Below the pieces are notes generated by a model. That model did no database searches and had not been told where the DNA came from. It saw nothing but the letters and a program-made list of their open reading frames with translations. Both the position numbers and the translations under genes were made by a program. A stretch of 64,000 nucleotides of DNA from an uncultured Thermoleophilia bacterium (GTDB taxonomy: Bacteria > Actinomycetota > Thermoleophilia > Solirubrobacterales > 70-9), in assembly GCA_963838095.1 (NCBI GenBank), contig CAWIPO010000010.1:25423-89422 (forward strand), given 5' to 3'. Within the stretch, counting starts at the first letter, position 1. Every line of letters starts with the position of its first letter. Of this stretch, positions 9,675-18,515 are shown in pieces.

Positions 9675-9947
9675 ATGTGTCGAAACATTCGCACCCTGCA
9701 CAACTTCGAGCCGTCGGCGACCGAGGAGGAGATCCAGGCGTCGGCGCTCCAATACGTCCGCAAGATCAGCGGATCGACGAAGCCCTCGCTGGCGAACGCC
9801 GAGGCCTTCGATCGCGCCGTCGATCGAGTCGCGCTCGCGACCCGGGAGCTGCTGTCCGAGCTCGTCACCTCGGCGCCGCCGAAGGATCGCGAGGTCGAGG
9901 CGGCGAAGCGGCGCGCCCGCGCCGAGCAGCGCTTCGCCGCTGTCTAG
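9675..9947 (+). CDS. DUF2277 family protein
   Basis: ORF 9675..9947. MCRNIRTLHNFEPSATEEEIQASALQYVRKISGSTKPS matches the conserved DUF2277 N-terminus. Confidence 0.85.
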   Translation: MCRNIRTLHNFEPSATEEEIQASALQYVRKISGSTKPSLANAEAFDRAVDRVALATRELLSELVTSAPPKDREVEAAKRRARAEQRFAAV

Positions 9948-9959
9948 CCCAGGCCGGCG

Positions 9960-11717
9960 CTAGCCCGTCTGCGGATCGGGCCCGTTCGAGCACAGCTCGC
10001 TGAGCGGAGCGAGCGAGTCGATGCAGCCGGTCTTCGGCCGCCACTTCTCGATCAGGTCCGAGATCTCGTCGTAGTCGGACGGTTCGTACCCGTTCGTCAG
10101 CATGTCGACCGCGGGTGAACCCTGCCCGTAGAGCATCTCCGCGGTCAGCCGCACCTCGGTGTCGTACTCGATTCCGGCCGCTTCGTAGCCGACGCTCTCC
10201 AGGTTGGTCAGCTCCTGTGCGTAGGTGGAGTCGGTCTGCTGCTCGGTGGCGAGCTCGTCTTCCGTGAACGTGATCGCCCCCTCCTCGGCCTCGCCCCGGA
10301 ACCAGCGGTTGAGGATCAGCTCGTCGAGCGCCTGCCCATCCGCGGCTTCTCCGACGGCGTCGCCGCGCAGCTCGACGAGCTCGGTGCGGCGCTCGAACCC
10401 CGGCGTTGCCTCGATCCCGCCGCCCTCGCCGGCCAGCCCTTCGACGAAGGCGACGTAGTCCGAGGGCACGGTGACGGCCGAGGTCGTGGTGCCGGTGGTG
10501 TCTCCGCCTCCGCTCGTGTCGGTGGTGTTGGTGGTGTTGGCCGCTGTGGTGCCCGTATCGGTGCTGCCGCCGTCATCGTCGCCGCCGAAGACGACGAGCC
10601 CGATCACCGCCGCCATCGCGACCGCGGCGATCCCGAGCCCGAGTGCGGCGAGCGGCCAGCGCTTCCTCGGCTTCTCCCCGGCCGGAGGTGGCGGTGTCGG
10701 GGGCGGTGGCGGGCTGCCGGCCAACGGTACTGTCGCCTCCTCGGCGGGCTCGACCCCTGTGGGGGTGTGGGGAACCGTTCCGGCTGCGCCCGCGGCGGCG
10801 CCGACCGCCGCGGCGCCCGCCTGCGATGCCTCGGGCTTTCGCAGCGCGCCGGCAACGGTCGCCTCGGAGCCGGCAGCGGGGCCGTTGACGGTGGCGTCGA
10901 CAGCTCGGCCGAGCTCGCCGGCGCTCTGATAGCGCTGGTCGGGGTCGACCGCCATCCCCTTCTGAACGATCCGGTCGAGCTCCTCTGGAAGGTCCGGCGC
11001 GACCGTGCGGATCGACGGCCGCTCCTTGCGGGTGTGCGCGAAGAGCTTCGCCGGCGGGGTGGTGTCCGGGAAGGGGACGCTGCCGGTCAGCGCCTCGTAC
11101 AGCACGCAGCCGAGCGCGTAGACGTCGGTGCGGGCGTCGAGCGTCGAGTTCTCGATCTGCTCGGGCGCCATGTAGTCGAGCGTCCCGATCACGGCTCCGG
11201 TGGCGGTGAAGCGGGTGGCCGACGCGACCTGGCGCATCAACCCGAAGTCGGTGAGGAATATCTCCGAGCCCTGGGCGCTCTGCTCGATCAGCACGTTCGC
11301 GGGCTTCACGTCGCGGTGGACGAGGCCCCGCCCGTGAGCCGCGTCGAGCGCCGTCCCGACCGCGACGGCGATCTTCGCCACGAGGTCGAGCGGCTGGCGG
11401 CCCGACTGCACGATCAGCCTCGCGAGGTCGGTGCCCTCGACGAACGGCATCGTCACATAGGCGGCTCCGCCCTCCTCGCCGGCGGAGAAGATCTGGATCA
11501 CGTTCGGGTGCCGGATCGAGGCCGCGAGCTCGCACTCGCGCTCGAAGCGCTCCTGGAAGTGGGGGTCGGCGGCCAGCGCGGGGGTGATCACCTTCAGCGC
11601 CACCTCGCGTTTCAGCCGCAGGTCCGTCGCCTTGTAGACGATGCCCATTCCGCCGCGACCGGCGATTCCCTCGATTCGATGTCCGGCGAACACCGCGCCG
11701 GGCTCGAGCTCGATCAT
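9960..11717 (-). CDS. transmembrane Ser/Thr protein kinase with an uncharacterised extracellular C-terminal domain
   Basis: ORF 9960..11717. It has GRGGMGIVYKA, HRDVKPANVL, DFGL and APE kinase motifs, a Pro-rich linker, a TM helix (WPLAALGLGIAAVAMAAVIGLVVF), a Thr-rich linker and a ~190-aa ectodomain. Confidence 0.9.
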   Translation of the reverse strand: MIELEPGAVFAGHRIEGIAGRGGMGIVYKATDLRLKREVALKVITPALAADPHFQERFERECELAASIRHPNVIQIFSAGEEGGAAYVTMPFVEGTDLARLIVQSGRQPLDLVAKIAVAVGTALDAAHGRGLVHRDVKPANVLIEQSAQGSEIFLTDFGLMRQVASATRFTATGAVIGTLDYMAPEQIENSTLDARTDVYALGCVLYEALTGSVPFPDTTPPAKLFAHTRKERPSIRTVAPDLPEELDRIVQKGMAVDPDQRYQSAGELGRAVDATVNGPAAGSEATVAGALRKPEASQAGAAAVGAAAGAAGTVPHTPTGVEPAEEATVPLAGSPPPPPTPPPPAGEKPRKRWPLAALGLGIAAVAMAAVIGLVVFGGDDDGGSTDTGTTAANTTNTTDTSGGGDTTGTTTSAVTVPSDYVAFVEGLAGEGGGIEATPGFERRTELVELRGDAVGEAADGQALDELILNRWFRGEAEEGAITFTEDELATEQQTDSTYAQELTNLESVGYEAAGIEYDTEVRLTAEMLYGQGSPAVDMLTNGYEPSDYDEISDLIEKWRPKTGCIDSLAPLSELCSNGPDPQTG

Positions 11718-11750
11718 CGGTATTCCGGCCCCGTTCTCACGGGCCGCAAT

Positions 11751-12129
11751 CTACTCGGGTGCGATCCCCTGGAAGGCCTCGGCCCGGTCGTAGATCTTGT
11801 AGAGGCGGAACCCGGCCGTGTATCCCCGGGAGCAGGCGCTCTCGAAGAGCTCGTACGCCTGCTCGTCGGTCAGGCTCGTCTCCCCGGTCGTGCGCCCGCG
11901 GATGTCGGCGATCGTCGCCATCCGCTCCTCCTCGGTGCCTTCGTTCCAGTCGCGGCACTGCGCCAGCGCCGCCGATGAGCCTGCCTTGAGCTGGCCGACG
12001 CCCTGAGCGGTGGTGCTGGTCGTGCCGTCGTCGGCGTCATCGCCGCAGCCGGCTGCGGCCGACCAGCGACAACGATCAGAGCAGCGAACGTCGGAAGCCG
12101 GGTATAGCGGCGGTGCAGGATGCGGCCAC
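11751..12129 (-). CDS. small lipoprotein; signal-peptide region probably frameshifted, start uncertain
   Basis: The C-terminal part of ORF 11751..12188 reads AAAGCGDDADDGTTSTTAQG...DEQAYELFESACSRGYTAGF. The hydrophobic h-region (RLPTFAALIVVAG) is in a neighbouring frame just upstream of the lipobox Cys. Confidence 0.45.
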
Positions 12130-12139
12130 CGATCGGCCG

Positions 12140-14200
12140 CTACGGCCGATCGACAAAGGCGCTCAGGTCGGCGAAGCGCTCGGCCCACGCGTCGGCCTCC
12201 TCGCTCGAGAGGAACTCGGCCGACATCCGTGCGTAACGGCGCTGGGCGGCTTCGGCGGCGGCGCTTCCCGGCTGCGCAGGCGGGCGGAACCAGTCGCAGG
12301 CCGGGTGGTCGTCAGGTGTGTTCCCCCTGCTCCACATTGAGCAGTCAACGAGTACGGCCTCCTTGACGGGGTCGCCGGCGCCGACGCTGCTACCGCAGTC
12401 CTCGGGGAGCATCCCCGGGATCGAGGTGCCGGCGGACGGGGCAATCGGCGGATCGGAGGTGATGCTGGAGCGTGTGCCGTCGATCCCCGTGTTGTCGAAC
12501 CAGCAGTTGCCGGTGTTGCCGGGGAACTCGTCCCACCAGAAGTCGGTGCCGTTCGGCACCCCTGAGCCCGAGCCGGCGTGCGGAACGCCGAGGCGCTTCA
12601 GCACCGGCGGTGGCTCGTATCCCCGCGGCGCCTCGCCCATGTGGTTGCCGAAGTAGCGGTTGCCGCACGAGGTCGTGACCTCGGGGTTCTCGCACGCGAC
12701 CCCTGGGTTAACGTTCCCCTCCGGCGTGACGAGGAAGTCGGGGACCGCCAGAAGCATCGTCCCGCGGCGCCAGTTGTCGAAGATGTAGTTGTCGTGGATC
12801 TGGCCGCTGTTCACGCCGGCCCACAGCACCCCGACTCCGATCGGCACCCCGATCGTCGGCTCCACGAGCGGGTCGGCGTTGTAGAGGTCGAGGTTGTTGG
12901 CGTAGATCCAGTTGTGGTCGATCTCGGGGCTGTCCGCGGGATAGCCGGGGTGACCGCCGGCGGAGATCGTGTCGGTGGCGATTCCGGTGGTGTTGCCGTA
13001 GATGTGGTTCTGAGTGATACGGACTGCGTTGCCCATCGAGCCCGAATAGGCGAGCGCCGAGCCGCGCATGTCGCATTTCTTGACGACGGTGTTGATCCGA
13101 GGAGCATCGGGATAGAAGGAGGGGTCGGCCTGCTCGCCGGTTTCCGGCGCCGCACCGGGGTAGACGACCGAGTCGCCCGAGCCGAAGCCGTCGCAGTTCT
13201 TGTACAGGCCGTGGTCGGAGGTGAAGGTGAGGTTGCCGTAGTCGGCCGCCCAGAAGAACTTCGTCCGGTCGAGCAGATAGCCGTCGGTCTCCTCGATGTA
13301 GATCCCGTGCTCGGCGGCACCGCGGGCGAGAAGGTTGCGGACGACGAAGCCGTCGGCGCGATCGACGCGCAGGACAACGTCCTTGGCGTAGCCGCCGGGC
13401 CTCGCCTCGGGGCCGCGGCCCTTGTACTTGGTGCCGCCGTCGAGGAGCACGTCCTCGGGCTTCACTCCCGAGCCTTCGATCTGTAGGTTGCAGCGCACGC
13501 ACGGGCCCTCGTCGGGGATCCCCTGGCGGTTCTCGAGCGGCGGGCTGGGCGGCGGCTCGTCCGGCACCTCGCGGCCCTGGACGTAGATCAGGTTCTGATC
13601 GTTGGGGCAAGTGACCTGGTAGCGGTAGGAGGGCGACGGCGTGCCGCTGGAATCGAGCTGGGTGAGGTCGGCGCAGGCGGGGTCGTTGATCGGGTGGGAG
13701 CGCGACTCGGGCTCGGTGTAGCGGCCGGGCATGATCACGACGCGGTCGTTGTTGCCGGAGTCGAAAACCGCCTCCTGGATCGAGTGGTAGTCGCACTGCT
13801 TGGCGAGCTCGACGTTTTGCTTCAGCAGGCGCTTGGCCTGCTTCTTGGTCAGGAAGGTCTTGTCCTGGCTCGGGCGCAGGCGGTAGCCCTTGGTGACCGC
13901 GCTGGCCACCGAGCGGGAAAGAATCCGCAACGAATCCTCGCCACCGTCGCCCTTGCAGACCACGCGCACATCGCCCGGGCCCGCGCCGGTAACCGCGGAC
14001 TGAAGCGAGCGCGCTTTCGGCACCTTCCCGCCGGCGGCGGGAGCGATCGAGCGGTCCGGAGCGGGGTCGGGCCAGTAGGAGGGTCGCTCCTTGTGCGCGA
14101 GCGCCAGCGTAGGCAGCGAAAACACGATTGCGGCGGTGAGCACGCCGCCCAGCAGCGCAAACCTCCGCGCCGACTCCGAGTTGCTCTCCCTCTTCCCCAT
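12140..14200 (-). CDS. secreted right-handed beta-helix repeat protein (pectin-lyase-fold / NosD-like)
   Basis: Within ORF 12140..14269. ATG 14200 gives the signal peptide MGKRESNSESARRFALLGGVLTAAIVFSLPTLALA. Repeated NxxIxxN/G-type beta-helix turns are present (ITQNHIYGNTTGIATD, IDHNWIYANN, IHDNYIFDNW). The 686-aa frame is intact. Confidence 0.8.
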   Translation of the reverse strand: MGKRESNSESARRFALLGGVLTAAIVFSLPTLALAHKERPSYWPDPAPDRSIAPAAGGKVPKARSLQSAVTGAGPGDVRVVCKGDGGEDSLRILSRSVASAVTKGYRLRPSQDKTFLTKKQAKRLLKQNVELAKQCDYHSIQEAVFDSGNNDRVVIMPGRYTEPESRSHPINDPACADLTQLDSSGTPSPSYRYQVTCPNDQNLIYVQGREVPDEPPPSPPLENRQGIPDEGPCVRCNLQIEGSGVKPEDVLLDGGTKYKGRGPEARPGGYAKDVVLRVDRADGFVVRNLLARGAAEHGIYIEETDGYLLDRTKFFWAADYGNLTFTSDHGLYKNCDGFGSGDSVVYPGAAPETGEQADPSFYPDAPRINTVVKKCDMRGSALAYSGSMGNAVRITQNHIYGNTTGIATDTISAGGHPGYPADSPEIDHNWIYANNLDLYNADPLVEPTIGVPIGVGVLWAGVNSGQIHDNYIFDNWRRGTMLLAVPDFLVTPEGNVNPGVACENPEVTTSCGNRYFGNHMGEAPRGYEPPPVLKRLGVPHAGSGSGVPNGTDFWWDEFPGNTGNCWFDNTGIDGTRSSITSDPPIAPSAGTSIPGMLPEDCGSSVGAGDPVKEAVLVDCSMWSRGNTPDDHPACDWFRPPAQPGSAAAEAAQRRYARMSAEFLSSEEADAWAERFADLSAFVDRP

Positions 14201-14273
14201 TTCGATTGCCCCCGAGTGCGGCCACAAGCGCACCCGGAAGCGCACGCAGTCTAGCGGCGACGGCGCCATTTCT

Positions 14274-15050
14274 GTGCAGGCCTATCATCACCGCATTCCC
14301 GCGAACGGCCGAAGCGTCCTCTGGGGCGAGGATTACGTCGAGTACCGCGAGATCGGGGTTGAGGCGGTCGGCCAGGGGGTCGGGCTGGCGATCAGCATCG
14401 GCGCCTACCCGAAGCCGTACTGGTCGCTGGACCCGAACGAGGACGCGGTTGCGGCGGTGATCGGCGAGCGGGCGACGCTGCTGGTCTGCGCGGACGGGCA
14501 CAACGGCTTCGACTCGGTCCGCCCCGCGGTGGAGAGCATCCTCGCCCAACTCGGTGAGGATCCGCCGCCGCCGGGGAGCGTCGACCCGGTCGCCGTTTAC
14601 GTGCGGGCGAATGCCGAGACGCTGGCGGTCACGCAGGAGTTCGAGGACGCCCGCTCTCAGAGCCGGACGACGCTGGCGTTCGCGCTGATCGCCGGCAACA
14701 GGGTGCAATGGGGGGCGATGGGCGATGCGCCCGTCTACCTCGCCGAGCCCAACCGCGTCCGGACCAAGATTCGCGACGAGCACTACTTCGTCGGCTACAG
14801 GATGGAGGACCGAACGGTCGAGGCGCGGATGCACCACGGGCTGGAGGAGCTGTCCGGAGGCTCCTGGGTCGTGCTCGCGAGCGACGGCTTCAGCGACTAC
14901 GCGGGCAAGGCACGGGGAGCGGTCGCCGTCGCCGACGCGGTGACGGAGGCGACCGAACCGGCAGAACTCGCCGAGACGCTGATCCAGCGGGCATTCGACG
15001 GTCACGCCGGCGACAACGTCGCGGTCGCCGTGGGTCGGGTGGGCGCTTAG
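14274..15050 (+). CDS. PP2C-like Ser/Thr phosphatase
   Basis: C-terminal 258 aa of ORF 14091..15050, starting at GTG 14274. LLVCADGHNGFDS, GAMGDAPVYL and VVLASDGFSDY resemble PP2C metal-binding motifs. It is divergent from the beta-helix gene. Confidence 0.65.
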   Translation: MQAYHHRIPANGRSVLWGEDYVEYREIGVEAVGQGVGLAISIGAYPKPYWSLDPNEDAVAAVIGERATLLVCADGHNGFDSVRPAVESILAQLGEDPPPPGSVDPVAVYVRANAETLAVTQEFEDARSQSRTTLAFALIAGNRVQWGAMGDAPVYLAEPNRVRTKIRDEHYFVGYRMEDRTVEARMHHGLEELSGGSWVVLASDGFSDYAGKARGAVAVADAVTEATEPAELAETLIQRAFDGHAGDNVAVAVGRVGA

Positions 15051-15544
15051 GCCCCTACGCAGCCCGTGAAGGCGCTCAGCTCCTCCTCGGACGGGGTGAG
15101 GGTGGCGTCCTCGGGGAGGTAGGCGATCACGGTCTGGCCGACGGCCTCGGCCTGACGGTTTGAGCCGGTGGCCTCGAACTCCTCGACATCGGCAACGCCG
15201 GCCTTTGCGTCGGCCTCGTTCTCGTAGACGTAGACGACACCGACCTGACCGCCGTTGACGACGAGCAGCAATTCGGCCTTGCCGAGATCGCTGGGGCCCT
15301 CGGTCACCGCCATGTTGGCTTCCTGGATCAGGCACTTCTCGATCTCCGCGGCGACATCCTTTGCGCTGCCGGTGGGTGCGGTTCCGCTCCCGGTCCCAGT
15401 CCCGGTCTCGCCGTCCTCGCCGGTCGCGCCGGTGGTCGTGGCCGGCGGAGCGGTGGTGGCGGGGGTCGTCGTGGTCTCGTCCTCACCACACGCCGCCAGG
15501 GTCAGCCCGGCGAGGACGAGCAGCAGAGCAAGAGCGCGCACCAT
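15047..15544 (-). CDS. lipoprotein (paralog A)
   Basis: ORF 15047..15544. It has the lipobox LTLAAC, a Thr/Pro/Gly-rich linker and a ~100-aa domain with a conserved Cys pair (EKCL...TGCVGA). Confidence 0.8.
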   Translation of the reverse strand: MVRALALLLVLAGLTLAACGEDETTTTPATTAPPATTTGATGEDGETGTGTGSGTAPTGSAKDVAAEIEKCLIQEANMAVTEGPSDLGKAELLLVVNGGQVGVVYVYENEADAKAGVADVEEFEATGSNRQAEAVGQTVIAYLPEDATLTPSEEELSAFTGCVGA

Positions 15545-15578
15545 CAGGAGCGGGAGCGTAGCGACCTCGAGCTGGCGC

Positions 15579-16064
15579 TCAGCCGCCGACGCAGGCCTTC
15601 AGGTCGGCCACCTCCTCCGCCGAGGGAGCCAGGGTCTGGCCCTCGGGGAGGTATGCGATCACCGACTGGCCGATGACCTCGGTCTCCCTGCCGATATCGC
15701 CTTCATCCTTCTCGACTGCCGCAATCCCGTCCTCAGCCTCGGCCTCCGAGTCGAAGATGTAGACGATGCCGACGCCGCCTGCGTTGACCACCAGCTGCAG
15801 CTTCGACTTCCCGACGCTGCTCGGGTTCTCGAGCACGTTCATGCCGGCTTCCTCCAGGCAGGCGGTGATGTCGGCCGACACCTCCTCGGGGCTTCCGGTG
15901 GGAGCGGTCCCCGTCCCGCCTTCCTGGCCGGTCGGGCCGGTGGCCGACGTCGGGGTTGTGGTGGGCGTGGTGGTGGTCTCATCGTCGCCTCCGCACGCGA
16001 CCAGGCCGAAGCTCGCCGCGGCGACGGCGAAGACGATCAGTTGTCTGAGTAGACGTTCTGGCAT
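15579..16064 (-). CDS. lipoprotein (paralog B)
   Basis: Within ORF 15579..16097. ATG 16064 gives MPERLLRQLIVFAVAAASFGLVAC. It is roughly 50% identical by eye to paralog A, with the same Cys pair (ITACL...KACVGG). Confidence 0.8.
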   Translation of the reverse strand: MPERLLRQLIVFAVAAASFGLVACGGDDETTTTPTTTPTSATGPTGQEGGTGTAPTGSPEEVSADITACLEEAGMNVLENPSSVGKSKLQLVVNAGGVGIVYIFDSEAEAEDGIAAVEKDEGDIGRETEVIGQSVIAYLPEGQTLAPSAEEVADLKACVGG

Positions 16065-16093
16065 GAACGCGGTACTACCCGGCTCCGGGCGCT

Positions 16094-16366
16094 TCAATCG
16101 CTACGAGCGCCCGCGCCGCCGAACCAGGAGCCGAGGTCGAAGAAGAACGCGAGGACGACGATGAACCACTCGAAGCCATCGACGCCGTTGGTGCCCGTGG
16201 TCCACATGAACGCGTAGGCGAGCGTCGTCCAGGGAAGCAGGAAGAAGCCGAGCAGGGGCACGATCCAGTCTTCGTATGCAAGCTCGAGCCAGTCGCTGAA
16301 AAGCCAGACGACGAACAGCGCCAGCCGGGGGGAGATGAGCGCGAGCAGCGCCGCGAAACAGCCCAT
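16094..16366 (-). CDS. small integral membrane protein (3 hydrophobic helices), unknown function
   Basis: ORF 16094..16366: MGCFAALLALISPRLALFVVWLF...LLGFFLLPWTTLAYAFMW...WFIVVLAFFFDLGSWF. Confidence 0.6.
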   Translation of the reverse strand: MGCFAALLALISPRLALFVVWLFSDWLELAYEDWIVPLLGFFLLPWTTLAYAFMWTTGTNGVDGFEWFIVVLAFFFDLGSWFGGAGARSD

Positions 16367-16413
16367 GTCCTAGACCCTATCCGCCGGGGTGATCGCACGC
16401 CCGCGGGGGCGCG

Positions 16414-17145
16414 TCACGCGGCCCAGCGGACGTGCTCGGTGCACTCCTCGCGCGTGTGGTCGTCATCCTTTACGCAGGCCTCGCTGACGATCTGGACGTC
16501 GTAGTCGTAGTGGTAGTAGCGGAGGTTGTCCGGGATCGTGCTGGAGAGAAACGTCTTCCCCTTTCCGCTGAGCGTTGCGTCGCCGGCGACGGCCCTCCAC
16601 TTGCAGCGCACCGCGAGCTTCGATTCGCGGCGACACCGCAGCCGCTTGAGGTTGAACTTGCGAGGGATCCGGTACTTGATCGCATCGCGGCTGTAGGCGA
16701 TCGCCTTTCGGTTAGAGAGCGTGTTCAGGATCACGATGGTGGAGCTGCGCCCGTACACCTCCGCGCCGTCGCGCGAGATGCTGGAGACGTGCCAGTAGTA
16801 ACGGTTGGCGTGCCGTAGTCCGACCCGCTCCTTGGTCTGGTTGCGGTTCAGCTTCTCGCGCCGGACGACGTGCCTGAACGAGCCGTTGCGGTCGGTTCCC
16901 GGCAATTTCGAGAACTCGATGTGACCGGCCGACTCGCCTTTGGGGATGAACCAGCGGAACTCGACCACCGTGGGGTTGCGCTCGAAGTACTTGGAGCCCG
17001 ACTTCGGCTTCAGCGGTTTGGCGCGGTTGGTCTCCGCGCCGGCGGGTGGGCCGAGGGGCACCGTCAGCGCGGCGAGGGTCGCCAATCCGGCCGTTGCGAG
17101 CGCTGCGCAGAGGCGCGCCGCAGTGCGCTTTCCCCGCACGAGCAT
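16414..17145 (-). CDS. secreted basic hypothetical protein
   Basis: ORF 16414..17145. It has a signal peptide (MLVRGKRTAARLCAALATAGLATLAALTVPLGPPAGA) and a Lys/Arg/Asn/Tyr-rich mature part with 6 Cys. I recognise no family. Confidence 0.7.
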   Translation of the reverse strand: MLVRGKRTAARLCAALATAGLATLAALTVPLGPPAGAETNRAKPLKPKSGSKYFERNPTVVEFRWFIPKGESAGHIEFSKLPGTDRNGSFRHVVRREKLNRNQTKERVGLRHANRYYWHVSSISRDGAEVYGRSSTIVILNTLSNRKAIAYSRDAIKYRIPRKFNLKRLRCRRESKLAVRCKWRAVAGDATLSGKGKTFLSSTIPDNLRYYHYDYDVQIVSEACVKDDDHTREECTEHVRWAA

Positions 17146-17157
17146 CGCGTGATTTTC

Positions 17158-17796
17158 TCAGAGCCCCCGAACCGCTTCCGCAACCGACGTGTCGCCGCTG
17201 ATCAGATCGAAGGCCTTGGCGATCGTCGACGCGGTGTCGAGAGCGGCGAGCAGGGCGGCGGCGACATCCTCCCGGGGGATCGTCCCGGAGTGGGTCAACT
17301 CCAATGCCGCCTCGAGCAGCCCGGTTCCGGGGTCGTCGGTGAGCAATCCCGGGCGGACGATGGTGTAGTCGAGGCCGCTGGCTTCGAGCTCGCTGTCGGC
17401 GTCAGCCTTCGCCTGGTAGTAGGGGGTCATCTGCTCGGACCAGCGCTCCGGGTGGCGAACGCCCATCGCCGAGACCATCAGGTAGCGGGAGATGCCCTGG
17501 GCCCTTGCCGCCTCGATCAGCTTCACGGCGCCGCCGTAGTCAACGGTGCGCTTTCGCTCCGTTCCGCTGCCGGGGCCGGCGCCGGCGGCGAACACCACCG
17601 CGTCGGCGCCCGCCACCGCGTCGGTCAGCTCCTCGCGCTCGATGTCGCACAGAATCGGCTCGGCCCCGATCGCCTCCAGGTCGGCCGCGTGGTCGGGATT
17701 GCGGATCACCGCTCGGGCGCGATCGCCGCGCCCGGCGAGCATCCGCAGCAGATGCCGCGCGACCGTTCCGTGTCCTCCGACTACGACGACGTCCAC
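17158..17796 (-). CDS. NAD(P)H-binding protein (atypical SDR / NmrA-like)
   Basis: C-terminal 212 aa of ORF 17158..18192, starting at GTG 17796: VDVVVVGGHGTVARHLLRML...YYQAKADADSEL...YTIVRPG. Confidence 0.8.
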   Translation of the reverse strand: MDVVVVGGHGTVARHLLRMLAGRGDRARAVIRNPDHAADLEAIGAEPILCDIEREELTDAVAGADAVVFAAGAGPGSGTERKRTVDYGGAVKLIEAARAQGISRYLMVSAMGVRHPERWSEQMTPYYQAKADADSELEASGLDYTIVRPGLLTDDPGTGLLEAALELTHSGTIPREDVAAALLAALDTASTIAKAFDLISGDTSVAEAVRGL

Positions 17797-17857
17797 AGCT
17801 CTACGAGTTATAGACGCTGGTGCCGGCTTGGCAAGCGGAGGCGCTAGCGTCGCCGAA

Positions 17858-18448
17858 ATGACCGTCCGCCTGGCCACCGACTCCGACCTCCCAGGCGTCG
17901 CCGAGGCGCTGGCGGGGGCGTTTGCCGAGGATCCGCCGATGCACTGGTTCCTGGCCGGCTCGCCGAAGCGGGTGGAGCTGCTGCGGCGCTTCTTCGGGGT
18001 GATGCTGCCACGCCTGTACGCGCCGCACGGACGAGTGTGGGTCTCCGAGGATCCGCTCGGCGGAGCGGCGTGGCTAAAGCCGGGAACGTGGCCGCTGCCG
18101 CTGCGGCCCCGGCTCTCGGTGATCCCCGTGCAGCTCCGAACCTTCGGAGCGCACCCGATCCGCGCGATCGCCGGCCAGGCGGAGATCGACAAGGGGCACC
18201 CGCACGCGCCTCACTGGTTTCTCGACTTCATCGGCGTGGCGCCGGGCTCGCACGGACGAGGAGCGGGCTCGGCGCTGCTCGCCGCGATGCTCGAGCAGAT
18301 CGATCTCGAGGGCGTCCCCGCTGCGCTGAACGCCGGCTCTCCCCGCAGCCGCGAGCTCTACCGCCGGCACGGCTTCGAGGTCATCGAGGAGTTCCGCCTC
18401 CCCTTCGACGGCCCGCCGCTGTGGCGGATGTGGCGCGAGCCGGGCTAA
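17858..18448 (+). CDS. GNAT family N-acetyltransferase
   Basis: Within ORF 17546..18448, starting at ATG 17858: MTVRLATDSDLPGVAEALAGAF...IGVAPGSHGRGAGSALLAAML...YRRHGFEV. Confidence 0.8.
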   Translation: MTVRLATDSDLPGVAEALAGAFAEDPPMHWFLAGSPKRVELLRRFFGVMLPRLYAPHGRVWVSEDPLGGAAWLKPGTWPLPLRPRLSVIPVQLRTFGAHPIRAIAGQAEIDKGHPHAPHWFLDFIGVAPGSHGRGAGSALLAAMLEQIDLEGVPAALNAGSPRSRELYRRHGFEVIEEFRLPFDGPPLWRMWREPG

Positions 18449-18455
18449 CTGCGTG

Positions 18456-18478
18456 GACGAACAGCAGCATTAAGGGAG
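18456..18478 (-). repeat. intergenic motif copy (reverse orientation): GACGAACAGCAGCATTAAGGGAG
   Basis: Left arm of an inverted pair with 18516-18536. It lies 8 nt after the GNAT stop. Confidence 0.6.
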
Positions 18479-18515
18479 TGGATCCGGCGTCGCCATTCGC
18501 CGAGCGATAACGCTG

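Noticed and set aside
12708-15335. 875-aa minus-strand ORF spanning the beta-helix gene, the PP2C gene and a lipoprotein gene
   Set aside because: It is out of frame with, or antisense to, three well-supported genes, and has extreme Arg/Pro content. It is a GC artefact.
18471-18510. RBS-like AAGGGAG followed by a 10-codon GTG ORF (MDPASPFAER)
   Set aside because: The RBS-like sequence is part of the recurrent intergenic motif. The ORF is too short and has no supporting features.
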